A DNA stretch of 61,610 bases from Octopus bimaculoides (GCF_001194135.2 NC_068987.1:79122897-79184506), one strand, 5' to 3'. Counted from the first letter of the stretch, positions 26,151-39,928 are shown. The notes: generated by a model not told the origin, from the letters alone. Numbers and translations: made by a program.

Positions 26151-26970
26151 TCTGACACAATTTTACAAAAACAGTTTTGTTGCTTTTGTTGTAGTATTTG
26201 TAGTTGTTGCTTTAATCCTCCTCCTCCTCCTCCTCTTTCTCCTTTCTATTATTAGGTCAGTCTTATTCAAAGAAAAGCTTGCAACTCCTATTACCTCTCT
26301 ATCCATTCTTTCACCCATATTTAAAAACTGTATCATCTAGCATTTCCTTTCGTTAAAATAGTAAGATAAAGGAGATTTAGCTGCAATCTCTAGCAGAGTA
26401 GGTGACTACGTAGAAGCAGTCCCATTAATTCGAGAGTTATTTTTGTTTGTCACGAGATGATCAAATATAAAAGATCAAACATGAAACGATATGAACACAG
26501 CATAAAAAAGACCATTGCACGTTTTCAACTCAATAAAAATCTTAATATTTATAAAGAAAAAAAATTATCAAATAATGAAAATAAATAAAGGAGGATATGC
26601 AAATAAATGACAAAAATCAAGACACCGCGAACCTTGAATCAGCCTCAACGTTGACAAATATCTCCTCCTTGCTCCAGGCTATAGAAGAAACTAAATACCA
26701 CATAGTACTTCTTACCGCTCTTATCCAGATTTTACGGTTCATGAAATGTATGCATAGAAAAGAATGGACCAAGATTTCTCTTCAAACGTTGGCACTTCAA
26801 AATAAAAAAAGAAACAAAAGAATATAAATTAAAAACGAAAGTGATGCAGTGGTTCTTCTTACCATTTACACACACGCGCGCACACACATACACAAACATA
26901 CACAAACATACACAAACATATACATGCATACATACATGTGTATGTGGTAGGGGGTTTGGTACAACACACA

Positions 26971-27008
<38 letters not shown>

Positions 27009-27516
27009 CTTCTATTTTACGTTCTTCTAAGTTACAAAGTGACTCAAAAGTTATCAGTTTCGGGCATGGCACTTTTCAAACTTATAACATGAGTATAATG
27101 TTAAAAATTTATCTATGAGGAAATATACGTTATTAAATCAGCTTAGAATATGCAAGTTATTTCGGGAGAACCAGATAAATAAGTGCAAACGTAATGAGTT
27201 TCGTTGGCATTCAAACTCAGAACTGAAAAATGCAGCCAAACATTAAATACTATCAGGAATTTAGTCCGTGATGGGAGACAACTTATTAATAAAATGAGCA
27301 AGAGAAGATTGTGCGATGGTCATGCGTTTTCCTTTCCCTTTTTCGTTTCAAGTATTTTGTTTTTTACAACATAAGGGCTAGTGATTTCACTTCAGACTTG
27401 AAAGCTCAAACACTGAAGGGAGAAAGAGAGACCAACATTGAGACAGACACAGAGTGCGGATGGAGAGGATAGAAGGAAGAGGTTGACATTGGTGCATTCT
27501 CCTCGAGGGTTTTTTG

Positions 27517-27547
27517 TGACGTCAGAGAAATTGTTTTAACCGGAAGT
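27517..27547. promoter_or_regulatory. CRE palindrome plus ETS site
   Basis: TGACGTCA 27517-27524 and CCGGAAGT 27540-27547 in a unique island. Confidence 0.4.
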
Positions 27548-27668
27548 TGTAACCGGGTCGTTGCCTTCATTGCATACTAAGAAATCTACTAGCGCTACCA
27601 TTGCTGTAGTGGTCAAGTTAATTAAATTACTATTATTACTCCTGGCGTTGCAGATGCTACTACCTTAT

Positions 27669-27670
27669 CT

Positions 27671-27702
<32 letters not shown>

Positions 27703-27767
27703 TTCTTCTTCTTCTTCTTCTTCTTCTTCTTCTTCTTCTTCTTCTTCTTCTTCTTCTTCTACTACTT

Positions 27768-27802
<35 letters not shown>

Positions 27803-27845
27803 ACTACGTCGTTTGAACTTAGTAGTAGTAGTAGTAGTAGTAGTA
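27669..27845. repeat. Compound (TCT)n(ACT)n(GCT)n...(AGT)n microsatellite
   Basis: Direct reading. Confidence 0.95.
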
Positions 27846-28026
27846 TGCAGTATTATTGTTCTCATTGTTCATCTAATGGCAATAGGAAATCTTGTTCTTA
27901 TTTATCTTCTACCTTCTTTCTCACCCTCTTTTTTCTCTCACCGCTTTTCCTATAATTTTTTTTTGTTGCTGTTATTTGTTTATTATCGTATCATGCTGCT
28001 ATATACCCATGTATATATATATACAT

Positions 28027-28057
<31 letters not shown>

Positions 28058-28226
28058 NNNNNNNNNNNNNNNNNNNNNNNNNNNNNNNNNNNNNNNNNNN
28101 NNNNNNNNNNNNNNNATATATACATACATACATTCCAATGTAAATATATATATATATATATATATACATTTATATATGTGTATGTATATATATCCATATA
28201 TATATTTATACGCATACACGTACATA

Positions 28227-28258
<32 letters not shown>

Positions 28259-28269
28259 TACACACACAT

Positions 28270-28322
<53 letters not shown>

Positions 28323-28574
28323 CACACACATATATAAATAAATACAAACATGTGTTCGTCTGTTTGTATGTATGTATATATGTATGTGTGTATATATGTA
28401 TGTATGTATGTATACACATACATGGTTTTGCATTTTTCTTTTCATCGACTGCTTTTTCGCCTCCAGATATAATTCTTCCTGCACAAACTCTCGAAATTCT
28501 CTCTCAAACTTCCTTATTTTTCTCTTTTCCCACCACCACCGCACACACACATACTCTTTCTCTTTCTCTCTCTT

Positions 28575-28669
<95 letters not shown>

Positions 28670-29176
28670 GGCCCCTCTCTCTTCCCTATTCTTTGGTTTC
28701 CTCTCCCCCTCTCGTTCTATCTTTTTCTCTCCCTCATATCTTTCACGCCACTTCTCGTTCTTTCTGCTAACACTCTCACACAATTCTTTATACGTCTACC
28801 CGGCTGCCATGTTTGCTATCTCTTCTGCTTCTTCTCCTCCGCTTCTTCCTTGCTTTTCTTTTCTATTTCTCTAGTTGTCTGCCTGTCTCTCTCTCTCTCT
28901 CTATCCCCAAAAGCGTATCTTTCGTTTCCCATTCTATCTTCCTCCCCTCCTCGCATCAATATTTTGCTCTTTCTCCTGTTTCTCATTCCACGTCTGTGTT
29001 CCATCGTGTTCTTCGAGTCGTTTCATTTAGCGTTTCACTTTTGCTCTACTCCCGTCTCTCATAAATTAACGGACGTAATGAACTAGGCTAGCTAGTAGTA
29101 ACGACGCCAAATCCAGAAAGAACATACTTCAACGTCTTATATGCCCCGAAGAAGAGGCCTTGCCAGCCAGACTTAC

Positions 29177-29318
29177 CGGCAACCGACTAACCAACCAACC
29201 AGTATGCCATGGAAACCAACTAGCCAACAGTGGAGCGCCTATACCGTAGCTCATGAACCAATCAGGCAGCCTAGAAACAGCAGTTGAATCTCAAGTAACA
29301 CATCACAACCTTTAAATA
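29177..29318 (-). promoter_or_regulatory. Candidate core promoter/first exon, or 94-nt internal exon 29177-29270
   Basis: TATTTAAA 29318-29311, TCAACT at ~29285, CCG|GTAAGT donor at 29177/29176; alternative acceptor tttctag|g at 29271/29270. Confidence 0.42.
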
Positions 29319-31254
29319 AGAAACACTCATTTGTATTTTGTACTTATAGACATCAAAATGAAAGACGGAAGTATCACAGTTGGAACGCTTTTGATTTAGT
29401 TTGTCTTGATCAGGGTTTGCCTAAGGACAAACAATATTATTAACAACAGTCTGTCGCTTACCAATGAAGGGAATCTTTTTGGTGCATTCGACTTGCGAGA
29501 AATAGCAGCCAAATTTACCTCAAATTATATTCTGAAATTTAAAAAAATGAGTTTGACTTAATAGATTATTAGTCGTAGATAACCAGCAAAGATAAGATTG
29601 TGGCGGTTGCTATGCGTTTTGCTCAGTAACTCAAAGAATGCTAACTATGGGGGATGTGCTAAACAACATCAAGTCTGCTAGTTACAAATACTTGAGCAAC
29701 TCGTTTCCTCCCCACACACTATTTCTCTTTCCAGTCTGTCTGTTTCTCCATTTGTGTGCGTCTGTGTGAATGCATGTATAGTATGGCGAAAGGTTTTTAA
29801 AATTCGCTTCTCAACCACGCACACCTGGTTTCTCTTCCACTTTATTATTTTAGTGTTGTTCATGTTTTTTGAGTGAAAATAGAAAGACGGAAAGTATTTA
29901 GAGACCCATCGGACGAATTGTTCCCGAAATTCAAAGGTACAGATTTGTCACACGCTGCTTCGCATTGATTCTGTCTCAAAATTATGCTAAGGGTACTCGT
30001 GTCTTATGGAGTACTCACCCAATTACATTTCAAAGAGCAAGTAATTCAGATGATCGAACAACTGAATTCTAATCGTCGAAACTAGCGGAGATCCATCCAT
30101 ATGGGTGTATATATGGCTATGTGTAATACACATTCACACACACTTGTATAAAGTAAAAATGATTGAATAGCCAGATGGATGGATAAATAGATGGATGGAT
30201 GGATGAATAGATGGATGGATGCACGCATGCGTGGATAGAGAGATTGATGGAAGGGATAAATAGATAGATATGCGTCATAAATGTAGGATATGTCCTTTTG
30301 ATACAAGTAGCTTCTTAAACAAAGTATCAATTGTAAATCTTGTAACGAAATCCTAAGACCGTTTCATTACAAACACCACGCGGAAATTGGGTGGCGAAGA
30401 TCATTGAATTATCTTATCCTATTTATTCCACTCTTCTATGCAACCAAGAATTGTTACCAAGTGTTTTTGTTATTGCTGCTGCTGCTGCTGCTGCCGCTGC
30501 TGCAGTTGTTCATATTGTTGTCCTTGTTTTTGTTGCTGTTGGTTTGTTGTTTTTGTCTTCGAATATTTTCTTTTCATTTATTTTCTCACAAACTCATTTT
30601 ATGCATGGATATTATAAATTCTTCGAGATTGATTTCTGCTCTTTTAGAACTCTTTTTGAACGAATAGTTAGTTTTCTTGTCTACTGAGCTGTGGAATATT
30701 TCGTTGCTGTTGCTTCTCTTGCTGTTCTTTTTGTTGTTATTGTCATTTCCGTTGCTATTAGTTTTCTTGTTATTGTTGTTGTGTATCTAAGTTTTAAATA
30801 TTGGATAGAAGAGACAACTGAAACTGAACTTGACAATCAATCATGTCTTTTGAATTATTTACCGTAAGATGGTGTGGGGCGGTGTTGGAGGGTTAGAAAG
30901 GGAGAAGTTAAGAAATACAAGGAGGGAAGATAGAGAGTAAATAGACGGTCAGATAAACAGACGGATAGTAGTATTCATGATAAATAAAAAATGACGTCAA
31001 AGACTTGAAAACACGGCGGAAGCCATTTAGGCAGTCAACAGTCATTTGGTCTGAATCTGCTGATGTGAACAGGAGACTAAACGACCGATTAGCGAAAGAC
31101 AGCTTCAGAGAATATGTAGCCCTATTTACTTTACGTGTTATTAAAACAGGCGCGTACGCCCATAATCTCCTTCCTTCGCACCAGGGGAAGACGGAGGACA
31201 CCTTATGTTTGTGATGGAATTTTTGTAGATATGACCGTGTGAATAAAACTGCAC

Positions 31255-31340
31255 AGGTTGCAACCACGTAGTACTTTGGGTAAGTGTCGGGTCGGGCTAT
31301 AGTGAATTCAGCAAACGGAAACTGAGTAGAAGCCCATTCT
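31255..31340 (+). mobile_element. SINE family A fragment
   Basis: gcaaccacgtag...ttgggtaagtgtc...gtgaattcagcaaacggaaactga...agaagccc followed by (GT)n. Confidence 0.65.
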
Positions 31341-32094
31341 GTGTGTGTGTGTGCGGGGAGGTGGGGGTGTATGTATGTATATGTGTGGGTATATGTGAAT
31401 GTATAAGTTTATATATGAGTTTGTTTGTCTCCTTACTGCTTGATAACAGGTGTTGGTTTGTTTGCCTTTTGTATCTTAGCAACTTAGCAATTCCCTCACT
31501 TCGTATGTACACATACATACAAAGACGCTGAGGCATTTATTGGGAAATAATTACACTTTTAAAACGTTAAAATAAGGTTGTTACAGAATTCCTTTCATAA
31601 TAACGAGAGAGAAAGAGGTCAGTTTCTTGCACACCTCTCTCTCTCTTATATACACACCTCTCCATCCACACCCATACCCACACATCCCTCTCCAACATAC
31701 CCCATCCCTACTCCCACTTACCTCACCCCTACCTCCACAACCTCACCCCGCCCTCACATCCCCACATCCCTACACCACAACACCATTACACCACACACGA
31801 CATCACACCACCGCGTACACACTAGCACTGACCACTTCCCAGCACTCACACCATCATCCACACACCCAAACATTACAGACGCGCACACTTACATACGCAC
31901 ACATCCACACGTCAAAGTCCCTATCCACACTTACACACTTACACACTATCACATACACACACGCACCCGCTCCTTCGTTTTGGGATCTCCAATACTATAT
32001 TATCTCCCCTTCTTTCCAGCTCTCCCGTCTAACTAGCGTTTTCCAGCCAGTCGGCATGATTGACCGCTAACTCCACAAGTTTTTTTTTTTAATT

Positions 32095-32235
32095 CTCTCT
32101 CTCTGTTTATTTCCTCGTGTTCCTTTCTGTTGAAGAGCGTAGGCTCGAAATGTAAAAGACTTTCTCACCTTTCCGAGCATCACACAAATACACCTGCTTG
32201 TCTTCTTTTGTTTTTCTGTAAATTTCAACTATATA
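32095..32235 (+). mobile_element. Penelope-like terminal repeat remnant with hammerhead-like motif
   Basis: cttt CTGTTGA a GAGC gtag GCTC GAAA tg TA aaag; homologous to 45560-45710; both end at a (TA)n tract. Confidence 0.55.
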
Positions 32236-32417
32236 TATATATATATGCGAATCCGGGAGTGATATAGATGGAAGTGAAAAAATAAAGCACTACAAAAATA
32301 AAATAAAATGAAAAGATAAGAATTTTACGAATAAGCGAAAATGCTGTAACGTGAATTGTTTCAGTTGATGTGAAGTTTTTCTTTTTTCATTTTTTCCCCT
32401 TTACTTTGTCTTTTATT

Positions 32418-32456
<39 letters not shown>

Positions 32457-33056
32457 TGAGGGTTTCGACCTGCTTGCGTAAATTACGTTTACATATTTGT
32501 ATAAGACTTAGAAAATGGTTCGTTTGTGTGAGTAATATATATTCCATGCGCAAATTTCATAATAGTTGAAAGAAACAAATAAGGATCCCCCCCATTCCCA
32601 GAAACCACATCGTAAAGCCTTTCTATTTCTGTCTATATCATTGTTGGTGGTGAATCGATTAACTTAACCGCAAATATAAACCCTTGTTATAGTTTTACGA
32701 AGTGCAACTGTATGCTTTGAAATCCCTCAATGAAATTGCCACTTAGAATAACAATCGGATTATTTTGGGCAAAGTGTTCTTTTTTTCCAACATACACACA
32801 CATAGTCACCCAATCACTCATATTTGCATGTTTAATGCTAAGCAAATATTTACACACTGATGCATACTCACTTACACAATCGCTCACACATACAAATTTA
32901 CACACTCAAACGCAAACACACAGATGGATAGAAATTCTCTCCCCCTCTCTTTTCTTTCTCTTTCTCTCACACACACTTATGCACATACGCGCATAAGTGT
33001 GTATGCATAAATGCATTTAGGTTTGACCACATCTAACATGTATACACACACACGCA

Positions 33057-33094
<38 letters not shown>

Positions 33095-34488
33095 AACACA
33101 CACACACACACGCACACGCACGAACACACACATCATTTTTGGAACGATGGATCGCGAAGCACATGAAGCTATAAATAGTGTGTAAATATTGGTCAGTAAA
33201 ACCCTTTATATATGTGCGGTAGTGTATGTTTAACTATGTACTTATGTATGTGTGTGTATATATTTCTGCATGTGCGACTAGAAATACCCAGATTTCTATA
33301 TGTCAAAATATTTGCGCTTTCATATTAATTCTATACATTGATTTATGCTTTTTATGTTTATAGCAAAATTTAATGAAATTCATTTTCAGCTCATGTACAA
33401 AAGCTCTCAACAAGATATGACCTGTCGATCAATTGTCACTCACTTTCAACGGTTCGTACATCTTACTCTGAATACTATAAGCTAAATAAATCCGTTCTTC
33501 AATCTCGTGAGTGGGTTTTTTTCTTTTAACAGCTTCGGCAAGATATATATCATCCAATTTTCTTATTTTTTGTTTCATGGTCATAAATTAATTTGTTACA
33601 CATATTTTGTCTAAACTGAATCCAATTAAGCATTATTAATTATCTATTGAGTTCAAAATTTATAATTTATGAGTTCAACACAGAACAGCAAAAGTCCAAA
33701 CAATATCTTCTCTAATTATTGTCAATATATTCCGACAGATTCGAACATGAAAATCTCATTGTTGGTGTTTTACGTCTTCGGAGAACGTCTCCTTGTAGAC
33801 AAAGTGTGTTCTTAAGACATACGATTCGCGGGTGTAGGAGGATTATGAAACACCGCGATGTTTCGACTTCTTTGCATGTTTCCGCCAAAACTACCTGGAA
33901 TCAATTAATCTAACAGGCGTTTGAGTGACTTTCGTAACATTCTGCTTATTAAAAATAATATGTGTATGTATATATGTATATGTGTATCTATATGTATATA
34001 TGTATATATAGTTACATTCATATGTATATATATGTATATGTATGTATGTGTGTATGTGGATACGCCTGCGCAGGCATATACTCACTAACATACACAGTTA
34101 TACATATTGGAAATCTAAATGAGAGAAGAAAAAAATGCCATTATTTCTGTTATTCTAGCATATTCATACACTGTGACAGACGATACAACCTGGCGATTTG
34201 AACATCTGTTAATCTGTAAGAGATAGACAGATATGACCACTGTCTATTGATTGATTACGTAGATCAATCGACTGCATATGTATTGCATAAACTCTGTCTA
34301 TTCATATTTAATGAATGACTATTTTGAACATATATTTTCAAATATATTTAGATATGTATGGATAGATATATAAACGCCCGCGGCTAATGTCTTGGAATGT
34401 AGTAGAAATATGTATCCTTGCTAAATCGGTACCATGCGATTTTTCGATAGAAATACTATATTATACATTTCTCTCTTTCTCTCTCACC

Positions 34489-34542
<54 letters not shown>

Positions 34543-36251
34543 ATATATATATATATGCTCATGTATATATGTATGTGTATGCACATATCTATGTATGCGT
34601 GTGCACGAGTTTATATATGCATTTATGTATATTTAGGTAAGCCTATTTAATCGCATATATACATGTTTATATACATATATGCATGTGCGCGTGTATCAGT
34701 CATTTATTTGTGATACTATTGTCGGAAACGGTGTTATGAATAAAGAATTGCAAAAATTCATTTTTACATATGTGAGTATATATGTATGTACATATATACA
34801 TGTATACGTATACACGTATAAACACAAGCACACATATCCTTAACTTATAAATACAAATAGACTGATGTGTACAATCTATTACATGTGTAGAATAAATCAC
34901 TTCTGATACAAATGCACCGCGTCAAACATATGTACATAAACATATTCAATGTGTCTGGCTATGTGCATGTTTATGTGTGTATTGGTGTGCGCTTTATATG
35001 CCTGTTTCCTTTCTCATTATAGTACATATGTGTGTGAGAAGATTGTTATAGTTTTTGAGTTATTTAAATGCGTCGTAGGCATGTGGTGTTTAACAGCAAA
35101 GGGTATATCCTCTTTGAACTGTTAGTACCTCAGGTATGAACGTATACATTTTAAAGACCAAAGTGTAAATACGAAAGCATACGACAGATTTTATATTCAA
35201 TAACCTCATTTATTTTGTTGTCTCTTTATATAATGAAATATGAATTGAATTACTTATGATGCAGCGATGCAGCATACAATCAGTGTTTCTTTGCATTCAT
35301 TATTTACTTAATATTTCTTTTAACTCTAAAATTCAGACATACTGATATGACCTCAGGAGCAAAGGCTAAAGTGTAAAAAGAAAATGGCAGCCGAGTGATT
35401 TCCGTCTTTGTCTTGAGGTTTATTATTTTTTTTTCCTTGTAATGAAATTGTAAATTTGCTTTTCTTGATGCGATTTAGCTCCGGCTCAGTCTTGCTCGTG
35501 AAAATAATGATCAAATCATTACAGTCATGACCATCTCGTCTAATGAATATGTCGTTAAAATGATGGATACATTGTTTCGTAGTATTTGTTACCCTCTGCG
35601 TCCTGAAGTCTAGTACTGCCGAGGTATTTAGCTATATCCTTGTATAACGAAATATGAAACATGAACTGAATTACTTAGGATGCTCCAATGAGTTCTAGTA
35701 CCGCTGCCTTTCATATCTTCAGGATCGATAAAAGTGCCCCAATCTAGGGTAATAGATTATCCAGATTAAAACATCGTCCAACCGGGCGGACTACAGTATT
35801 TGTTCCGATAACCTTCATTCTGAGTTCAAGTATAGCGGTGGCCTATTTCGGTGGTAGATTTTTCTCCATTGACCAGTTTAACATCATCACCTATCACCTA
35901 AGGTGAATGTAACGAAGTCCGTTTTGTAGTAAGCGATGGATCCACATTTCCGGTTTCAGGACACATTTTACTGGTCTCTCATTATAATTAAGACATGAAT
36001 AAGATCTATAGAATCTATAAGTTAATCAGCCTCTAACAAACGACTTGATACCTTAAGTGAAAGTTTAGACGAAATGAGACGATTGGGCGTGGCTTTTTTG
36101 ACGCTGAAGATTTGGCACACCTGACTGAACAGTCAGCTTGTTTTTGTGACAGTACTTTTTGGCACTGGAGGCAAACGCTCATATTTCCTCGCTCGCACGC
36201 GTTTAAATGCGTTCATGTAAATATAGAAAGTGAGAGAGATATTACACTTAC

Positions 36252-36263
36252 ATCAGAACGTAG
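36252..36263 (-). CDS. Candidate 12-nt microexon CTACGTTCTGAT
   Basis: Branch point CTAAT (A at 36291), pyrimidine tract tctccccttcactctgtttatc, TAG|, 12 nt, |GTAAGT. Confidence 0.4.
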
Positions 36264-38906
36264 CTAGATAAACAGAGTGAAGGGGAGACATTAGAATGTT
36301 TAATGTCAAATACATCAGCGCGCAGTCAGTGATATCAAATAAGTGGCGTCAAAATGGCTGTGCCGGACATCTCGTATCTTGTTTGAGAGGTATTTTTTTT
36401 GGTTTTTTCTTGAAATATTTCTGTCACAATTATAGCAGGTCTTCCATAATTCATGGACATTTAATATTTTGCCGAATTTATTTATCTGATGAAGTACTAT
36501 TACTAGTACGGTGCGTGTTGCACAAACGGCAAAGCGTTGTAAAAAGTATCTTGTGATACATAATGATTGCTCTTTACATTCTGAGTTCAGTTCCAGTTCA
36601 GATCAACGTTCTAAATTTGATACTTTTGCAGATTATTAAATCGACGATACCCTTCTCCAGAGTTTGAAGTTAACGGCTATGTTTGTATGTAATATATCAA
36701 TGAACAGAGTTTCCAGTTACCTACAATATATCTGAAATATCATTGCCTGATAATTTTTGTTTTCGTGCTTAATACATAGACTTGTCATGATTCAGCTGAT
36801 CTATCATCAAAAGCCTTCCAACCGAGATCATTCAGTTAGCTTATTTTAGACATAGATGTCTAAAGAATTATGATTTACATTTTAGCGTGGGTGTAATTTT
36901 TTATTATTTGAAGGAAATTTCGAGAAATCATGGAGAGATTCTTTAATTGGTTCGTATTATTGTCTTGTATATTGTATATGTAAAGCATTTTCGGGGACGG
37001 AACATACAATACTTGACAAGAATCTTCTGCTTTTCTTCTATTTCCTAATTTTCTTAAATAATCGTAGAATATGAGCTGTTTAAAATTTAGTCCTTAACGC
37101 AGAAAAAAGTTTAGAATTTCCTTTTCTTTCAAACTGTTTTGCAGTATTCATTCTAGAAAACCAAACATGTATGGCAGTTATCTCCCTTTTCATAGAATGC
37201 TCTTCAGTGAATGGCGTGTGCAATTTGTTAAAGATTCCAAGAAGACAGTTCTTGGATAAAAGAGAGAAAATATCTAAGTGCGTTATATTGCTATGAAAAC
37301 GGTGTCTTCTACATACATGGCAAATATACAGTGGAATGTATATATATATATATATATATATATAATGTGTGTGCACGCGCTTGCGCATTGTTTTGCAAAG
37401 CAAACATGCGCCCAACATAAATTATATGAGACGTATAATCAATATTTTATCAAATAGAAAACATTAAACATAAAAAACAAAATGATTCACTAGCAGTACA
37501 TTAGATTTGTTAAATGTTCCTTTTCGATGTCAGAGATGTACAATAGCAAGAAAGGTTAAAGTTCACGATAATCGAAATCCAGCCGACTTGATTTGAAGCT
37601 GTCACACATTGATTGATGATTTGAATGGAGCGGAGAGGAGAATATGACTAGAGAAGACAAAAGAAAAACTGCTGTTTAAGAAAAAATAGTAAAGAAGCGA
37701 GAAAATGAAGCACAAAATGGTTGTGTCTAGAGTAAAGATAGAAGAGAACATGGCAAATAGTATTGTTGGCCGGAGGATAAGGAGCTTGGCTAGCGAACAA
37801 GGATAATTGTGACGGTTTTTCTGACGATTTCATTGTTCTTTCGCTTGTAGAGAATGTTGAGTCATATGTTTATCAATCGCCATTTTCATTCAGCCTTACG
37901 TTTCATTTACGTTCTCTCTACCTAGACAACTCTGTCTCTTTACTCAAAGTAATTTTTTTCTGTCTCTTTTCCACTGTTTTATTGCACGCCAAGATATAGA
38001 CTTTTAATATATAACAGCTTATTGCGTTAAAACTTTAAATACATGCAGTAATATTTGATCTACCTCCCTCGAACCAAACTCGTACCCAAATGCTCTTAAA
38101 AAAATACATCTAAATATATATAAAACAAAAAGAAAAGCGGGTTACTTTCGTTTCTTGATATATTTTCCAGTTTTTAACCATTTCTGTCTTTACACATTAA
38201 CTCATATTTCCTTGCAAAAACAAATCATTTTTGTAAATATATTACTTTATTCAAGAATTTTCATTTTTTTCCTCAGCTACGCAGAATTTTTTTCAACGTT
38301 TACTAAATCCTCGATAAAGAGGTCGGTCAAATGGTTTATTTTTAAAAATATTTTGCTGTAATATTTTTAAAGAAAGGAATATTACTGTATCACTTTGAAA
38401 CTAGATTTGGAATTAAACTGATTATCTTTCAAGGATGTGTTTCGAAAATAAAATTGAAAATGGAAATACATCCCATTTAAATTTTTGCTGTTCTTTTCTT
38501 AATTAATTTAAGCTGCCTTGCGTGTTATACGCTTTACTAGCCCCCACCCAACGAAAGCCTATTTCCCTATTACTACCATGATTGTATTACTGAATTTCTT
38601 CTTCCCGCCTTTTGGTTTTTCCTTTCTTTGATTATCTGTCTTCAGGACGCATCCAGGTCGTTTTTAGTGTTCTTAACACTAAGACACTTTCACCCAGTAA
38701 TCTGATTATAACAGAATTATTAGTCCATGAGTTATTCTATATATTTCTGTAATTAAATGAATCTAGAATAGAGATTGGTCTTTAGTCAGATTTAAATATT
38801 CATGGAAAATAAGTTAAGTAAATTTATCAATAACACTGTTAAGTTTTAAGTTTTACTCTCTTATGAGACGCTGTTTAAACACATAAACACACACACAAAC
38901 ACACAG

Positions 38907-38944
<38 letters not shown>

Positions 38945-39204
38945 NNNNNNNNNNNNNNNNNNNNNNNNNNNNNNNNNNNNNNNNNNNNNNNNNNNNNNNN
39001 NNNNNNNNNNNNNNNNNNNNNNNNNNNNNNNNNNNNNNNNNNNNNNNNNNNNNNNNNNNNNNNNNNNNNNNNNNNNNNNNNNNNNNNNNNNNNNNNNNNN
39101 NNNNNNNNNNNNNNNNNNNNNNNNNNNNNNNNNNNNNNNNNNNNNNNNNNNNNNNNNNNNNNNNNNNNNNNNNNNNNNNNNNNNNNNNNNNNATACATAC
39201 ATAC

Positions 39205-39266
<62 letters not shown>

Positions 39267-39894
39267 AACTATTAGAGGAACATTATCACAAAAAATTAGC
39301 TCAAGAACAAACGTAAATTCACTAAAAATTTATTAAAATGGCTATTTTACTTCTGCTTTCGAGACGCACTGAAGTTGACGTTGCATTTCTCTTTCCGAGA
39401 GATGCATAGAGTAAATAGTAGCCAAGTGTTGAGTTCCTTATAACTGAGTAGTCCTTCTTTCAAAGTTAGCGTCCTTGTGCATATGTAAGAAATTGTGATG
39501 ATAAGTATTATGTATCTTTAGTATTTTTAAATTTTAAATGCTCTCTTCAATATATGAAATTGTGCGAGTTATTAACTCTTTTTCTTTTGTTTAGTAACGC
39601 TAACGTCTTAATAAGAAAATCTGGTACCGAATTGTTTGACAATGTTATTCCTTTCCAATTTAAAGCAGGGGCAATTCGTGAATGCTAACCAAGACTTATG
39701 CAGGTTAACCATATTCATTATGTCACTGAAACAGTATTGCTAACGCTTACTTAGAAGAGAATAACTGAAATAAGAATAACAAACCGATCGAAACATTAAG
39801 TCCTCGAAGCGACAAGTTCATGTTTAAATGGCAAAAGACATGCGCGCGCACGAACACACACGTACACACACGCACTCATACACACATTCACATA

Positions 39895-39928
39895 GATAGA
39901 TAGATTGATTGATAGATGGATAGATAGT

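Noticed and set aside
30908-31267. Overlapping + and - ORFs (69 and 119 aa)
   Set aside because: No homology recognised and no splice or start context; the end overlaps a SINE fragment
36155-36180. miR-96/263-like TTTGGCACTGG
   Set aside because: Seed-only match with no complementary arm
38646-38696. Plus-strand exon after a strong pyrimidine tract
   Set aside because: Candidate donors (GTCGTT, GTAATC) are weak and there are no partner exons
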